From assembly GCA_002189035.1 (NCBI GenBank), contig NEEC01000009.1, positions 2,852,001-2,916,000 of the forward strand: a stretch of DNA of 64,000 bases, in the 5' to 3' direction. This document shows, one piece after another, positions 28,306 to 39,886 of the stretch (the stretch's first letter is position 1; each line of letters starts with the position of its first letter). The notes beneath the pieces were generated by a model. That model had not been told where the DNA came from. It did no database searches and saw only the letters and a list, made by a program, of their open reading frames with translations. The stretch comes from Utricularia gibba. Its lineage: Eukaryota > Plantae > Magnoliophyta. Position numbers and translations under genes: made by a program.

Positions 28306-28409
28306 TTTCTTGGCCCCAGGCAACGGGAACTGATGGCCTTGCTACAGATCGGCTTGGCGGGAACCAGGGTTTATTCGTAGAGCTCGTATCGTAACCCAGG
28401 CGCTATTTC

Positions 28410-28424
28410 TTGGCGCGCGCCAAA
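28410..28424. promoter_or_regulatory. Palindromic E2F-type element upstream of TIPIN
   Basis: TTGGCGCGCGCCAA is a 14-bp perfect palindrome at 28410-28423 and contains TTTGGCGC on the minus strand, ~105 bp upstream of the ATG. Confidence 0.6.
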
Positions 28425-28717
28425 ACCACAAAGGCCCATATTTTTTAATTAGTTTTTCATATAAAATTTTCGTCCAAAACGATAATGTGCATTTACATAT
28501 TTGTCCTCATTGATAATCAATGAAAGATCACTATCGATTTTACAAATACTTTACACTCCAAATCCATTAAATCACAATTCAAGTGCATTAAATTTTATTC
28601 ATGATCCAAAAGGATTCAACTATACAGTTCAATCACAATTTTTAAAATTTTTAAAGCAATGATTTGCTAATGGATGAATTGCACAGTTCAGTGATCATAC
28701 AAGCTCATGTACATTAT

Positions 28718-31185
28718 TCACATGTAAGGACTGCTCTCGACGTAATGAAACAGTTCCGAAGCAGCATTTACAGTGGTACCAACGAACACTTCCCAGAACC
28801 AGAGATCCAAAGCAAGGACTGAAGAGAAAATCAGCAGTGCAAGAGTTTGGTACCTGTTCAAGGGCCACCCACTGACCTCGGCTAACTTCTTCAGCAACGG
28901 CAAAGACTCGCTACTCAGGTTCTTCTTCCTGATGGCCCATGCTGTTATCCACTGCACATCGGAAGGGACGAGGTCAAATTCTGCCTGCAGGCGGCGCCCC
29001 AGGTCCGGCATATGCCCACCTCCGTATAGGATGGCAATCTTATTGCTTCCTCTGCTTACTGCTTGATGTAAAGCTTTGGTTGCAGCTTTGTTTCTCTCGC
29101 CAATGATAACAGACTTCTCTTCTATATCAGCTGTCACCTGAGTGAACCTGAACATGGCATCCACCAAGTTTTTTTTGGCATCATTCAGTAGAGGGACACG
29201 AGCATATATAGTAGAGACTCAGATCATTAATGAAATAAACAGTTTTCCACATGAACGAAGAGAAGAGCATTCGATTACTTACTCGGACGTCAGCCTCTTT
29301 GCGAGAAAAACTTTCATTGCAGCACCAAAATCAAGTCGTGACAGTGCTTCTAATTCGGGATACTCTACTTGGTTTCCTAGGTCAGTGCAAACACTGCTGA
29401 TTAGGAAAAGGCCGAGGAGAGGCATTGGAATGATACGGGAAGCCCACAAGAGTTTAGATCTCAAAGGGTCGAGATCTTCTGGGATAGGGACAGCCTGCAC
29501 TACAGCCTTTGTGGATCTAATTGTCATATCCTTTGCAAATGTGAAGAGGTCCTCTCCTTTTTCAAGCTGAAAAGAGATAAAGTACCAAGAAACAAACAAG
29601 GGAATGATGAAAGATAACATCTTAGCAATAACAGCTTTTACCTTCTTAATTCAATATAGAAAAGGAAAAATTAAACCAACAACTACAAAACAACGCATCA
29701 GCCCCGGACAATATGCATGATCCAAGAAAAGATGAGAGATTTTTAAGAAAGCAAATGAGAAAATACGCAAATATTGTTCTTTTCCTTGGATGCAAATTCT
29801 GGATAAAGTGCATGCAGAATCTTTTAGCATGCCATTCTTTTTTTACGAAGAGCAAGTAAAAGGGTCACAGAATTCAATAAAAATCTGATTTTTCCAATTG
29901 CTGAAAAGAGCTAGATAATTGTCAAAATCACATTTAAAACTGACGCATGCATACATCTATATCAGGTGTTGGATAGATATCTAAGCCCCAACCCCAAGGA
30001 GGTTTTAAAAGAAGACCACTATCAATCACTTTCATTTCTGATGCCATTAGTTTCTCTGATCATCTTTGTTGTCCATTATCTACATTAGAAAGAGTACGTA
30101 GGAATATAAACTAATGCTATGCAGCAGTACCTGAAGCATTTTGAATGTTTCAAAGTCAAGATCTGCATGATACCAATTTTCAGCATCATAGTCAAGGCAA
30201 TCTAACTGAAAGTCAAGCACTAGCAACTTTGCCATCTGCCTCTGAATGCATCCAAGAATATTAAATCCACGAGACTGTTGACGCACAATTTTTTTCCCAG
30301 CAGCTGGATTTCGTCTACTTTCTAAACTTTCTCTGCTAGTCACCATTTCATAAAGAACGCAATCATATTGCTCAAGTACACTTTGCAGGGTGGAGAAATA
30401 CCTGCAAAAACACGTTGCTTAATAGATCTATAAGATGAGAAGTTGCAGGCAAATGATAAGGATCCGTCCATTACTAATACAAAGTTGCGTTTCTCGACAT
30501 TCTATTATCAATGAATGATAACTTCAGAGAGGTTGGCCATGTCATGAAAATGAGAAGAGAAAGGAGACATAGGATGCGAAAATATCTTGCATATTTCACG
30601 GAGAAGACAGATCAAAAAATGTCAAAAGCTATGACTATTATGAATACCACCAAAAAAACGTAGACATAAAAATCACGCAGCATGAAAATCAACAATAAAG
30701 AAAACTTGACCTTAATAGATTTTATCAATTATAAATAAACGAACGGATGATAAAGGCTTACTCTTTGTCAGCAATGTGGATAGTTGACACCAAGTCCACC
30801 TACACAAGCAGGAAAACGTATTGGTAAACCAACGCAACGACGCTACCAAGAGACCCAAAAAAATCAGTATATTTATACGACGGAAATTGAAAAATGACAA
30901 GGTTACCTGAAGGAAGGGTTGGAAAAGGGACCACGGGAACTTCTTGCGGTAACTAACAACAGCAGTCTGCAACTGAGCATGCGAATCCTTCTTATACCTC
31001 ATGAAATCAGCTATGGAATTGTTCTTTGAGAATTCCTCCACCGAGCCATCGCCAATTTTGCAGAAGATCTTGTATCTAGGAAGCCCACATCTCGCTGTTC
31101 TGGAGGAACGACACGATTGGGATGTGGCAACGGAAAATGAGAAGGCTAATCTTGGGTCTGTTATCGGCAGGCAACTATGAACCAT
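28718..31185 (-). CDS. Conserved uncharacterised plastid protein (resembles Arabidopsis At5g19540 from recollection), 5 coding exons
   Basis: Spliced frame MVHSCLP...ELQTAVV-like LQTAVVSYRKKFPW/VDLVSTIHIADKE/YFSTLQ...VLYEMV...HADLDFETF/...LSRLDFGAAMKVFLAKRLTSE/...IAILYGGGHMPDLGRRL...WPLNRYQTLALLIFSSVLALDLWFWE. All junctions are GT-AG and in frame. Confidence 0.85.
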
Positions 31186-31290
31186 TCCTCCGACTCTAAG
31201 ATTGACAGGCAAGTCTCCGGCGGAGGAAACGGCTCAGAGAAACCGAATTACGTCTCCGGTTGCGTACGAAGGTACGAAAGAAGAAGACAC
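31088..31290 (-). repeat. Copy A of a ~200-bp dispersed direct repeat (5' leader, ATG and first ~32 codons of the plastid protein gene)
   Basis: Aligns by eye with 32988-33190, e.g. aaggctaatcttgggtctgttatcggcaggcaactatgaaccat versus aaggataatcttgcgtcggttaccggcaaacaaccatgagccat. Confidence 0.85.
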
Positions 31291-32220
31291 CGACACCGGT
31301 GGTCGATAAGTTCCCAAAAATCAAGGATTTCTGCACCTTTATATCGTCCTGTCGGAAAACCCGACGGGTGAACCACACGAGTTGAACCGTTTCCGGTTCG
31401 AGCCGACTCGGACCTGTATATTACGTAATCAAACCCGCCACCAAATCCATGTATTATGACATTCAAACACATTATCAGATTTCAAGTTTGAAATTACGAG
31501 AGCATTTGGTTCACGGTTTCAGATCACCCAACTCTAAGAACAAGGAAGGTCTCAGCTTTTTGCATGGAGAAGTATCCTGGGGAGCTTTTGAACCCGGGGC
31601 TTCAGAGCAACCTACAAAATGTAACTGGAATTCAGCTGATGGGAGACAAACTTAACGCATATATGCCACAACTCTTCGGAACCAAGACAATGTCAAGCAT
31701 GGAAGCCAGGCATTGAAAAAAGACCAAAACAGATTTTGGATGATAAGGGGATGATGAACTGATGAAAAACCCTGATATAGACTCTCTCTGTAACGAGCCC
31801 GCTCTGCGTGCATTACATAGAGCAGTTTTATAGGATTTTGGGGGGGGGGGGTGAAGTTGTACGAGAACATCTCTTGAAGGTGGTAAAAAGAATAATTTGT
31901 TGCGTGCAGTCAATTGTCATCCGAAGAGACAGAATTCATTGTTCACCGGAAAAGGGCATTAGACATCATTTTCGCTCAAGACAATATGTATTCCCATGTA
32001 AAACCGTGAGCAAGGATTTGAACTTCAGCTCATACGCAGAATTACATTCAAACAAAGCAAATGATGGCAAAAGGAACATGAACTATGCATGTCAGAGAAA
32101 TCACATCCAGCAGACACAAAGTTGTAACTTTCCAAGCATTCAGTAAGATTCATCAACAAAATAAAACAGTGCACAACCGTGGATTTTGGAACCAAGGAGA
32201 AGCTTGTTTGCTTACCTTGT

Positions 32221-33087
32221 CTACACATCCCGGGATGGGATCATCCCTGTTTTTCTTGCATAGGCGAAAATTCCACCAGCCTCAATGACTGGCCCAGCAT
32301 CACCAATTGGCTTCAAGTTGTACTCTTTTCCAGAAGTATGGTTTATCAGCTTACTGTGATCTCCAGTTAGCTCAATAGTAACGACATCCCCAGTCTTACA
32401 TTCCTCGCATAACCTGCCTTCAGACTCCAATGGATAAATCTCTCCCGTCGCCACCGAATTCCTGAAGAAAATTCTTGCGTATGACTCCGCCACCACTGCT
32501 GTCACTCCGGCGGCACCCAATGCCACCGGAGCATGCTCGCGAGATGAGCCACAGCCGAAGTTATCGCCTGCGATCACAATTTTATATCTCGTTTTCATGG
32601 CCCCCGGTTCTATGAACCGTGTTTCATATGAAGAGGGCAATCCGATTAGGGCATAAGACCCGAGCTTTTCGTACTCATCGGGCTTCGAAGGGACGAGCGT
32701 AAGGTACTCGGCAGGGATAATTTGATCCGTGTCGATGTTATCACCAACAATGTAGCATTCGCCGTGGAATGTAGTGGAGACATCAGCAGCAGCACCAGCG
32801 GCGGCGCGGGGAATGGATGCTGGGGAATGACTGTCATACGTGAGAGGCCTTGAGGAATGAAACGAAAAGATGGAAGGTGTGCTGGAAAACTTGAAGCCGG
32901 AGCAAACAGCTGAGAGAGACGGAAAATTAGGTCTCTCAGCGGAATAATATCCGCCGAAACCAGCAATGTAGCTGCATCCTGAGATCGCATAGCTCGATGT
33001 TTTGGAGCATCGATACGATTGACATGAGGCCGCGGGAAAAGAGAAGGATAATCTTGCGTCGGTTACCGGCAAACAACCATGAGCCAT
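32221..33087 (-). CDS. leuD: 3-isopropylmalate dehydratase small subunit (LeuD/IPMI SSU), intronless CDS, 288 aa with an unusually long N-terminal extension
   Basis: TFHGECYIVGDNIDTDQIIPAEYL, NFGCGSSREHAP, SYARIFFRN and IEAGGIFAYARK motifs; first plausible ATG at 33087. Confidence 0.95.
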   Translation of the reverse strand: MAHGCLPVTDARLSFSFPAASCQSYRCSKTSSYAISGCSYIAGFGGYYSAERPNFPSLSAVCSGFKFSSTPSIFSFHSSRPLTYDSHSPASIPRAAAGAAADVSTTFHGECYIVGDNIDTDQIIPAEYLTLVPSKPDEYEKLGSYALIGLPSSYETRFIEPGAMKTRYKIVIAGDNFGCGSSREHAPVALGAAGVTAVVAESYARIFFRNSVATGEIYPLESEGRLCEECKTGDVVTIELTGDHSKLINHTSGKEYNLKPIGDAGPVIEAGGIFAYARKTGMIPSRDV

Positions 33088-33190
33088 TGCTCCCACTCCG
33101 CTTTCGACAAGAAGTCTCCGGCGAATGAACGCGGCCGAGACCGAGAGAAGGGGGGAATTAGGTTTCCCAGTAGCGTACGAATAGAAGACA
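32988..33190 (-). repeat. Copy B of the ~200-bp dispersed direct repeat (5' leader, ATG and first ~32 codons of LeuD)
   Basis: Homologous to 31088-31290; 18 of the first 30 encoded residues are identical. Confidence 0.85.
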
Positions 33191-34324
33191 GAAGTCCGGA
33201 CGGCCGCATCAGCGGTGGTGCTGTAACAAAGGGCCAAGGATGTCGGCCCGTGAATGGCCCAGCCCGACTCGGGCCGCCATATGTAACACTGCCATTTTTT
33301 TATTGGACACTGCAATTTATTTTTTTTATTCGTTTATAAAAATTTCTAAATTAGTAAATCAACCAATAATTAAAAAATCATAATTGAATTGGTTAGAAAT
33401 GAATTCTAAATAATAGAGTGTCTAAGAAAAAAAGAATATAAAATCATAAATCTTATAATGATATTTCACATTGATTAGAAACGTGATAAGTAATATACTT
33501 AAATAGAATGAGTTCTATTAATCTTATATAAGGTTTTTTTAAAAAAAAAGATAACATAAAAATGTGACAATTGAATGTTTAAAGTGGACAATATGTTATA
33601 AGTAGAGAATAAGTCGTTACATATTGTTTCAAAATGATGATACAATTGATAAATTTTGGGGATTTTTTTATGAAATTTCTCATAAAAAAATATATTAAAT
33701 TTAAATAATAGTGATTAAATGATTCTAAATCCTAAATGATTCATGAGAACTATTTTATGAAAAAAAAATGAAATTGTTTCCGAGTTTCAAGCCTGGTGCA
33801 TGTGAAGACGATAAAGAGGGAGCATGGAGATTCAGATACGGTGTTCTTTCGCAATTTTTTTTTTTTTTTTTTGAATGGTACGGGCGCAAGTGGTGATAAA
33901 TAAATATGACGAGGAGGAAGCTGGATACCCGGCATGATTCATCGAACGGTGAACGCATTCAAAGTACTAGTGTTTTAGGCCATAATGAACGTGTATCAGA
34001 ATCTGCGACACCTCAACAAATGGGTGTGCAACTGGTTGCCTGCCTTATGATTTCCATTTAATACATCCAAGTTGGATTCCTGACTAGTTTATATAAGCGA
34101 CTAGTGTGCAAAACCAGGTCTGAAGCACCCGGATTTGTTATTCCTCCTGCTTCTTTTCCTTGCCTTTTCCCTTTTCGTAGATCGGGGTTTTGATGGTTAG
34201 GAGAATTTTGGAGGTGTTTTTGGTGTTTGTTCTTGTTCCAGAATGAAATCTTGATCTGGGTTTTGTTGATATCTTCGAAAGTTTTGTCTTTGTGGCTTTA
34301 CCTCCGAGGTTCTCGTAACCAGTC

Positions 34325-36523
34325 ATGCCCGGCCTGGTGAACAACGGTGAGTTATTTTTTTCATTATTTCTCCTTGGGGGGTTGTTTTATGGCATCTCAG
34401 AATACCGTCGGTGAAGTCGAGTAATTTGTGTTGTGATGCTTTATCATGATGTTGATATCTTGTTTTGGGGAGTAGATGCGGGAGGTAAGTCGTAATAACC
34501 TTAGCTGATACTTTTCGTTGAGAACTGGGAATTGATTCTTGTGTTTGAGTGTTTGATCAGTGAAAGGTTTATCATGAAGTTCCTGGACTCATATTTTGCT
34601 GCCTTAGCTGTTGAAAGTAATTTATATCATGGATATTGTTTGCATTCTATAGGTTCTGGGATTGTGTTCGCCATTGGCTCCCACATTGAGGTCTTCAGTC
34701 CATCAAGAAAGTACTCCCGCATCAGCGGTCCTTTGACCTTCAGTAGAGAAGCTGCCAATACAAGGCCTTCAATTGATCTGCTCCCTGATGAGTGCATATT
34801 CGAGATCTTGAGACGATTGCCTAGTGGCCACGAAAGAAGCATATCTGCTTGTGTTTCGAAGCGTTGGCTGACAATCTTGAGCAGCATTCGTATTTCAGAG
34901 TATAGCTGGAGCAAGAATTCTGAGGGACACATGATCAACTTCGATGAAATTGTAAGTAATGAAGAAGTTGATGCTGAATGTGATGAGTGGCTTTCTAGGA
35001 GTGTGGAAAGTAGAAAAGCAGCAGATTTGCGGCTTGCTGCCATTGCGATTGGCACTTCAGCTCGTGGAGGTCTTGGAAAGCTCTCAATTCAAGGCAGTAA
35101 CTCGTTTATCGGTGTTTCAGACAGCGGTTTGGCAGCCATTGCTCGAGGCTGCCCATCTCTCAAAGATTTATCCTTATGGTGTCTACCCTCCATCAGTGAT
35201 GAAGGTCTCCTTGAAATAGCTCGAGAGTGCCATTCATTGGAAAAGCTCGACCTTTGCCTACTGCGTTCCATTTCAGACAGGAGTTTAGCAGTAATAGCCA
35301 AGAACTGTCAAAGCTTGAATGCATTGAGCATAGATTCATGCCCCAGAATTGGTGACAACACTCTACGTGCAGTTGCAAAGTTCTGCTCCAATCTGAAGTC
35401 CATTACTATCTTAGACTGTCCTCTTATTGGGGATTGTGGGATTTCAAATCTCCTGTCTTCACCTACTTGTGCCTTGACTCATGTGAAATTCCAAGCTCTA
35501 AATTTCTCCGATTACTCAGTTGCTGTGATAGGTTGCTACGGGAAGGCAATCACTAACCTCGTTTTATCCCATCTTCCCAATGTGAGGCAGAGAAGCTTGT
35601 GGGCTATGGCGAAAGCTAAAGGTCTGCAGTCCCTCACTTCCTTGACAGTGGCAGCATGCGGCGGCATGGGTGATTTGAGCCTTGAAGCTGTAGGAAGGGA
35701 CATTCCAAACCTGAAACACTTGACTATCCGCATGAACTGCTTCGTATCAGACAAGGGGCTTGTCTGCTTTCTGAAAGATGCTAATTCTCTTGAGTCGTTG
35801 CACCTGGAGGAATGTGATATGATCACTGAAACAGGCGTTTTTATGGTGCTTTCCGGCGCACTTTCAAAACTGAAGTCCTTAACACTGATCAAATGCATGG
35901 GGATTAAGGATGGAACATCCACAGAGCTCTCCTTTGTTTCTCCATCCAGATCTCTTCGACATCTTTCCATCCGAAACTGCCCTGGGATCGGAAACAGAAC
36001 CATGAGCATCATTGGGAAGCTGTGCCCGAAGCTCCACCATTTAGTTCTCAATGGACTTTGCAGGATCACAGATGATGGCCTGTTTCCACTACTGCAGAAA
36101 TGTGAAGATGGGCTTTCCAAGGTTTCTCTCAGCAACTGCTCCAGCTTGAGCGATGAAGTGGTGTTGTTCTTGTCAAGGCATCACAGCAAAACACTCAAGC
36201 AGCTAAACCTCTACGGTTGTTGCAAGATCACAGATACAAGTTTGTCTGCAGTTGCTGAGAAATGTCCCTCCCTGAACGACCTCGACCTGTCCAAATGCTC
36301 CATCACAGATACCGGCCTGGCCGCCTTGTCCAATGGGGTGCAGCTCAACTTGCAGGTTCTTTCCCTGTCTGGGTGCGCAATGATCTCCAGTAAGAGCCTG
36401 GCAGCTCTAGAGAAGCTTGGGAAGACTCTGGTAGCCTTGAATCTCCAGAAGTGCAGTTCCATGAGCACAGCCTCGATAGAACTTCTCTCTGAGAGATTAT
36501 GGATGTGTGATCTGCTGTACTAA
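34325..36523 (+). CDS. EBF1: EIN3-binding F-box/LRR protein (EBF1/2-like), 2 exons
   Basis: Micro-exon MPGLVNN(G) at 34325-34346, intron to 34607, then F-box LLPDECIFEILRRLP, LAAIAIGTSARGGLGKLSI, cysteine-containing LRRs and terminal LWMCDLLY*. The EBF1 versus EBF2 assignment is uncertain. Confidence 0.9.
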
Positions 36524-37430
36524 ACGATGACACTAGCAAATGCCCAGCTGCGCATGATGATGCACTTGCTTACTACAACAAGGGAAGCTCGTTTTTAGCA
36601 GGCCGACTGTAGCCTGTTTCCCTTTAGCATCATCATCATCATCATGCTGCTGCTTCATCTGCTGTTTGTGTTAAACAGCAAGACTTCCTTGCTGTGGCTT
36701 TTCCTGGGTGCATTTTTTTCAGATGTCCTTCCCCTTAAACCTGAGGTTGCTTGCTTCCATGGGGGTTGGGAATTTGTCATATGGACCAGTTTGTGATTTG
36801 CAGAAATTGGGGGTTGTTGAGCAATTAAAATTTCTACCTTCATCGTTTGGGTCCATGTAACGTGGACCACATCTACATACATGCACCTTCATAATATAAA
36901 AAAATGTCAACGTTACATATTTAATACTTAAAAAAGTGAGTCACCGTCATAGTTTACAAGTTGCATCAATAGTCAAAAATGAGATCGTTTACAAATCTAA
37001 TCATTTTTATTTTTTATTTCACATTAAAACAAAAAAATAATATTGAAGATAATTTTTACACATTGTTCAAAATTGGAACCGATGCTCGGGCAATTCGATC
37101 ATTAAAAACACTAATCCTTTTTGCCAGCCAAATGTAATATCGAAAAAAAAATGAAATTTGGATGTGTCCAAAAACGAGAACTTTGAAAAATATTTTGTTT
37201 CAAAAAAGATCCTAAATGCGAAATTTTCTGAAATGTAGACCGGACATTGCCCAGATATAGACCGGATCCAACATGCACACACAGCAGGAAGATAATGGAG
37301 AAATGGGTTGCACAGAACTCTCAAGATCATGATCGCATTTCAGTCTTGAGCTCAGATAATTCTTTGACAAGAGCAGCAGAAGTTCGTAGTGGGAATGTCT
37401 CCCCTCCTTTTGGACTTACCACTGAAGAGA

Positions 37431-38701
37431 TCATCCAAGGAAGTTCATGATCACCAAATGAAGCACCAGGTTGCAGAGCACAAAATCCGCAAAGGCACGC
37501 TCTGGAGGCAAATCCTGCATATTTCAGGGGCGATGCAAGCAAGCGTCATTATGGTTCATGAATAGCATCATTTCAGGGAATTCTGTCACGAGTTTCAGTG
37601 GCCAACACTTGTAATAATAGCTAAAAGCATTTATTATAAACTATAGAGATGATACGATTCAGTGGTTTTCGGCTCTTAGAAATTGGCTAGCACAGGTGAT
37701 CACATATTTCGACCGGAGAAAATACATTTAGCAGGTTCTTGCCGAAGGTAAACAAACATCATCCTGATTTAAATAAAAAATGATGTAGAAATGCACCATC
37801 AAATAGCTGAAAGCTCTACATCTTGTAAGATCAACATAACAAAAGATACAGTTATCTGATAACCCAACTAGGTTTTAAACGTAAAACGCAGTTTTTCTCT
37901 CTACTTTCATGGATGCAAACAAACATATTTTATTCTTCACAACTAAGAGACAACATGTTTATATGGCTGAGATGGTGTCATGGTTCCAATTCCATAGTGT
38001 AATGCAAAGGGTACATGTAGAAAGATTGGAAAACATATAATTTCGCATTCCAGGGTGTTACCTTGAATTCCTCCTTGTTTTCCTTGTTTACTTGAATCCG
38101 AAGACAAGCTGTAACATTAGAAAAAAATCAGCAATTCACTGGACACTAGTTCACCCTGTGGGCAATAAAAGCGCACAAAAAAAGGTATTTAACTCACCAG
38201 CGAGGACAGCTGTCCCCACACAGGAAAGTACTCCTGAAAGAAAGGAGTTGAAGGGGAACGATCCAACAACGGCCATGTAAACAACCTAACAATCAAAAAG
38301 AGAAAACAGACCTGTTAAGCCATGAAAGCAGAATGGACATCATCGTTCTATCCTTCCAAACCACGGTTTTAAAATATTTCACAAACGGCGTCATATGATC
38401 AAAGCAATCTGAACCAACCCAGTCCAAAAACCTTCATATTGAAAACCAATTATCACGGAAGGGGTAAAATAAAGAAACAGACAAAAACCTGAATCAAGGC
38501 AGTAACCACCGCAAAGGCAATGTAAAGATCAATTATCTGCACGAATTCAAAGAATAATCAGGATAGCCATCCATATGCAGACACACATTCTCCAATGAGA
38601 ACTGATCTTGGGACCTTGAGGTTAGTTGGTGTGGCCGAGTAGGCGGAGCGAAGAGAATGCACAAGCGCTTCGGCATCCTTCGTTGTCGTAGATCTGCCCA
38701 T
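37431..38701 (-). CDS. DAD1: DAD1/OST2 oligosaccharyltransferase subunit, 5 coding exons
   Basis: Spliced product MGRSTTTKDAEALVHSLRSAYSATPTNLK/IIDLYIAFAVVTALIQ/VVYMAVVGSFPFNSFLSGVLSCVGTAVLA/CLRIQVNKENKEEFK/DLPPERAFADFVLCNLVLHLVIMNFLG*. Confidence 0.96.
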
Positions 38702-39886
38702 ATCTTCTTCACGCGCAATCCCCCCTCAGAAGCCTAACAAAACGGAAAATCCACTACAAGTAAACCTTCAAAGTCACGCCAGGACACCAAACCCGCCAGA
38801 AAACAAAAAGATTTACACCGAAAGTTTCAGAATTAAAACAATAGTGCATCGACGAAATCCTAACCATTAAATCGCAAGGCTCCTAGCCAAAACCAGTCGA
38901 TTCTTAAACCTAAGCATCATATATTTTGAATCACAAAGACAACGTAATACACACTGCACTCTACCTCAAGTAAATGGATCGGACTACGAGAGCACCAACA
39001 GGAAGAGCAACCGTCTCCTTCCTCGAATTCAACGCAGGTACGAGAAAGAGAAGGAACCAATCACAGAGGGCCGGAAACTTTAGATCCAACTTTGGCCCAG
39101 AGTGTTATAATGGACCGGCCCACATCAGAGCGATCCAAATCCATATTATTCTAAGATATTTAGATGGAATAAAATTAATTGATTAATAAATTATAAATAA
39201 AATGAAAAATGATTCATTTATATGAAAAAAATCACCATTTTTTAATGCAAATAAAAAATAAAGCATAAAAATATAAAATATATCGTGTTATATATAAATT
39301 TTGGTGGGATTTTCAAAATGGAGATATATTGAATTTTAATTTATTTTTCATAAATTTTATTTCACATAAAAATATAATATTTTATCATAATTATTTTCAC
39401 AAAATTGGGTTATTTCCTACTAAAAATAGTAGTAGTCTCTCTCGTTAAGCCTAAAAAAGAAACTTTTTACAGGCTGTATATGAATGTAAATTTCCTTTTT
39501 GAAATCAGGAAGAATGCTCCTTTGTGAAGGGTAGATAAGAAAAGGGAAGGGAAGCCTCCTTAAAATCTAAACCGAACTTCACGAAGATAAGGGAGTGGAC
39601 GCGGAGAAGTCATTGAAGAAATAAATGGAGTCTTTGGAGAATTAAGTGACTTCGCCGCCACCTTTGTTGTCTCTCATTCTGGTTAATTTCACACTCGGCA
39701 GCACTGGCTGTCGACGCCCTCCAGTCCATGAATTTTCTTGGCCGCTGCCGGGGATGCACTGAATGATAAGGGTTTCGGCGGGCTGGAGTGAGAACTGCGA
39801 TTTGGGACGAAGGTAGGAGGAACCATCAATGGTTTGGTTTGTCTCCGCAAGAAGACGTGCTTAAGGATTTTGTTTGACTGGCTGAA

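Noticed and set aside
31652-31870. 72-aa minus-strand ORF (…LLYVMHAERARYRESLY…) between LeuD and its neighbour
   Set aside because: I cannot assign it to any family. It includes a C12 run and lies inside the putative LeuD 3' UTR intron. A BLASTX search would settle it.
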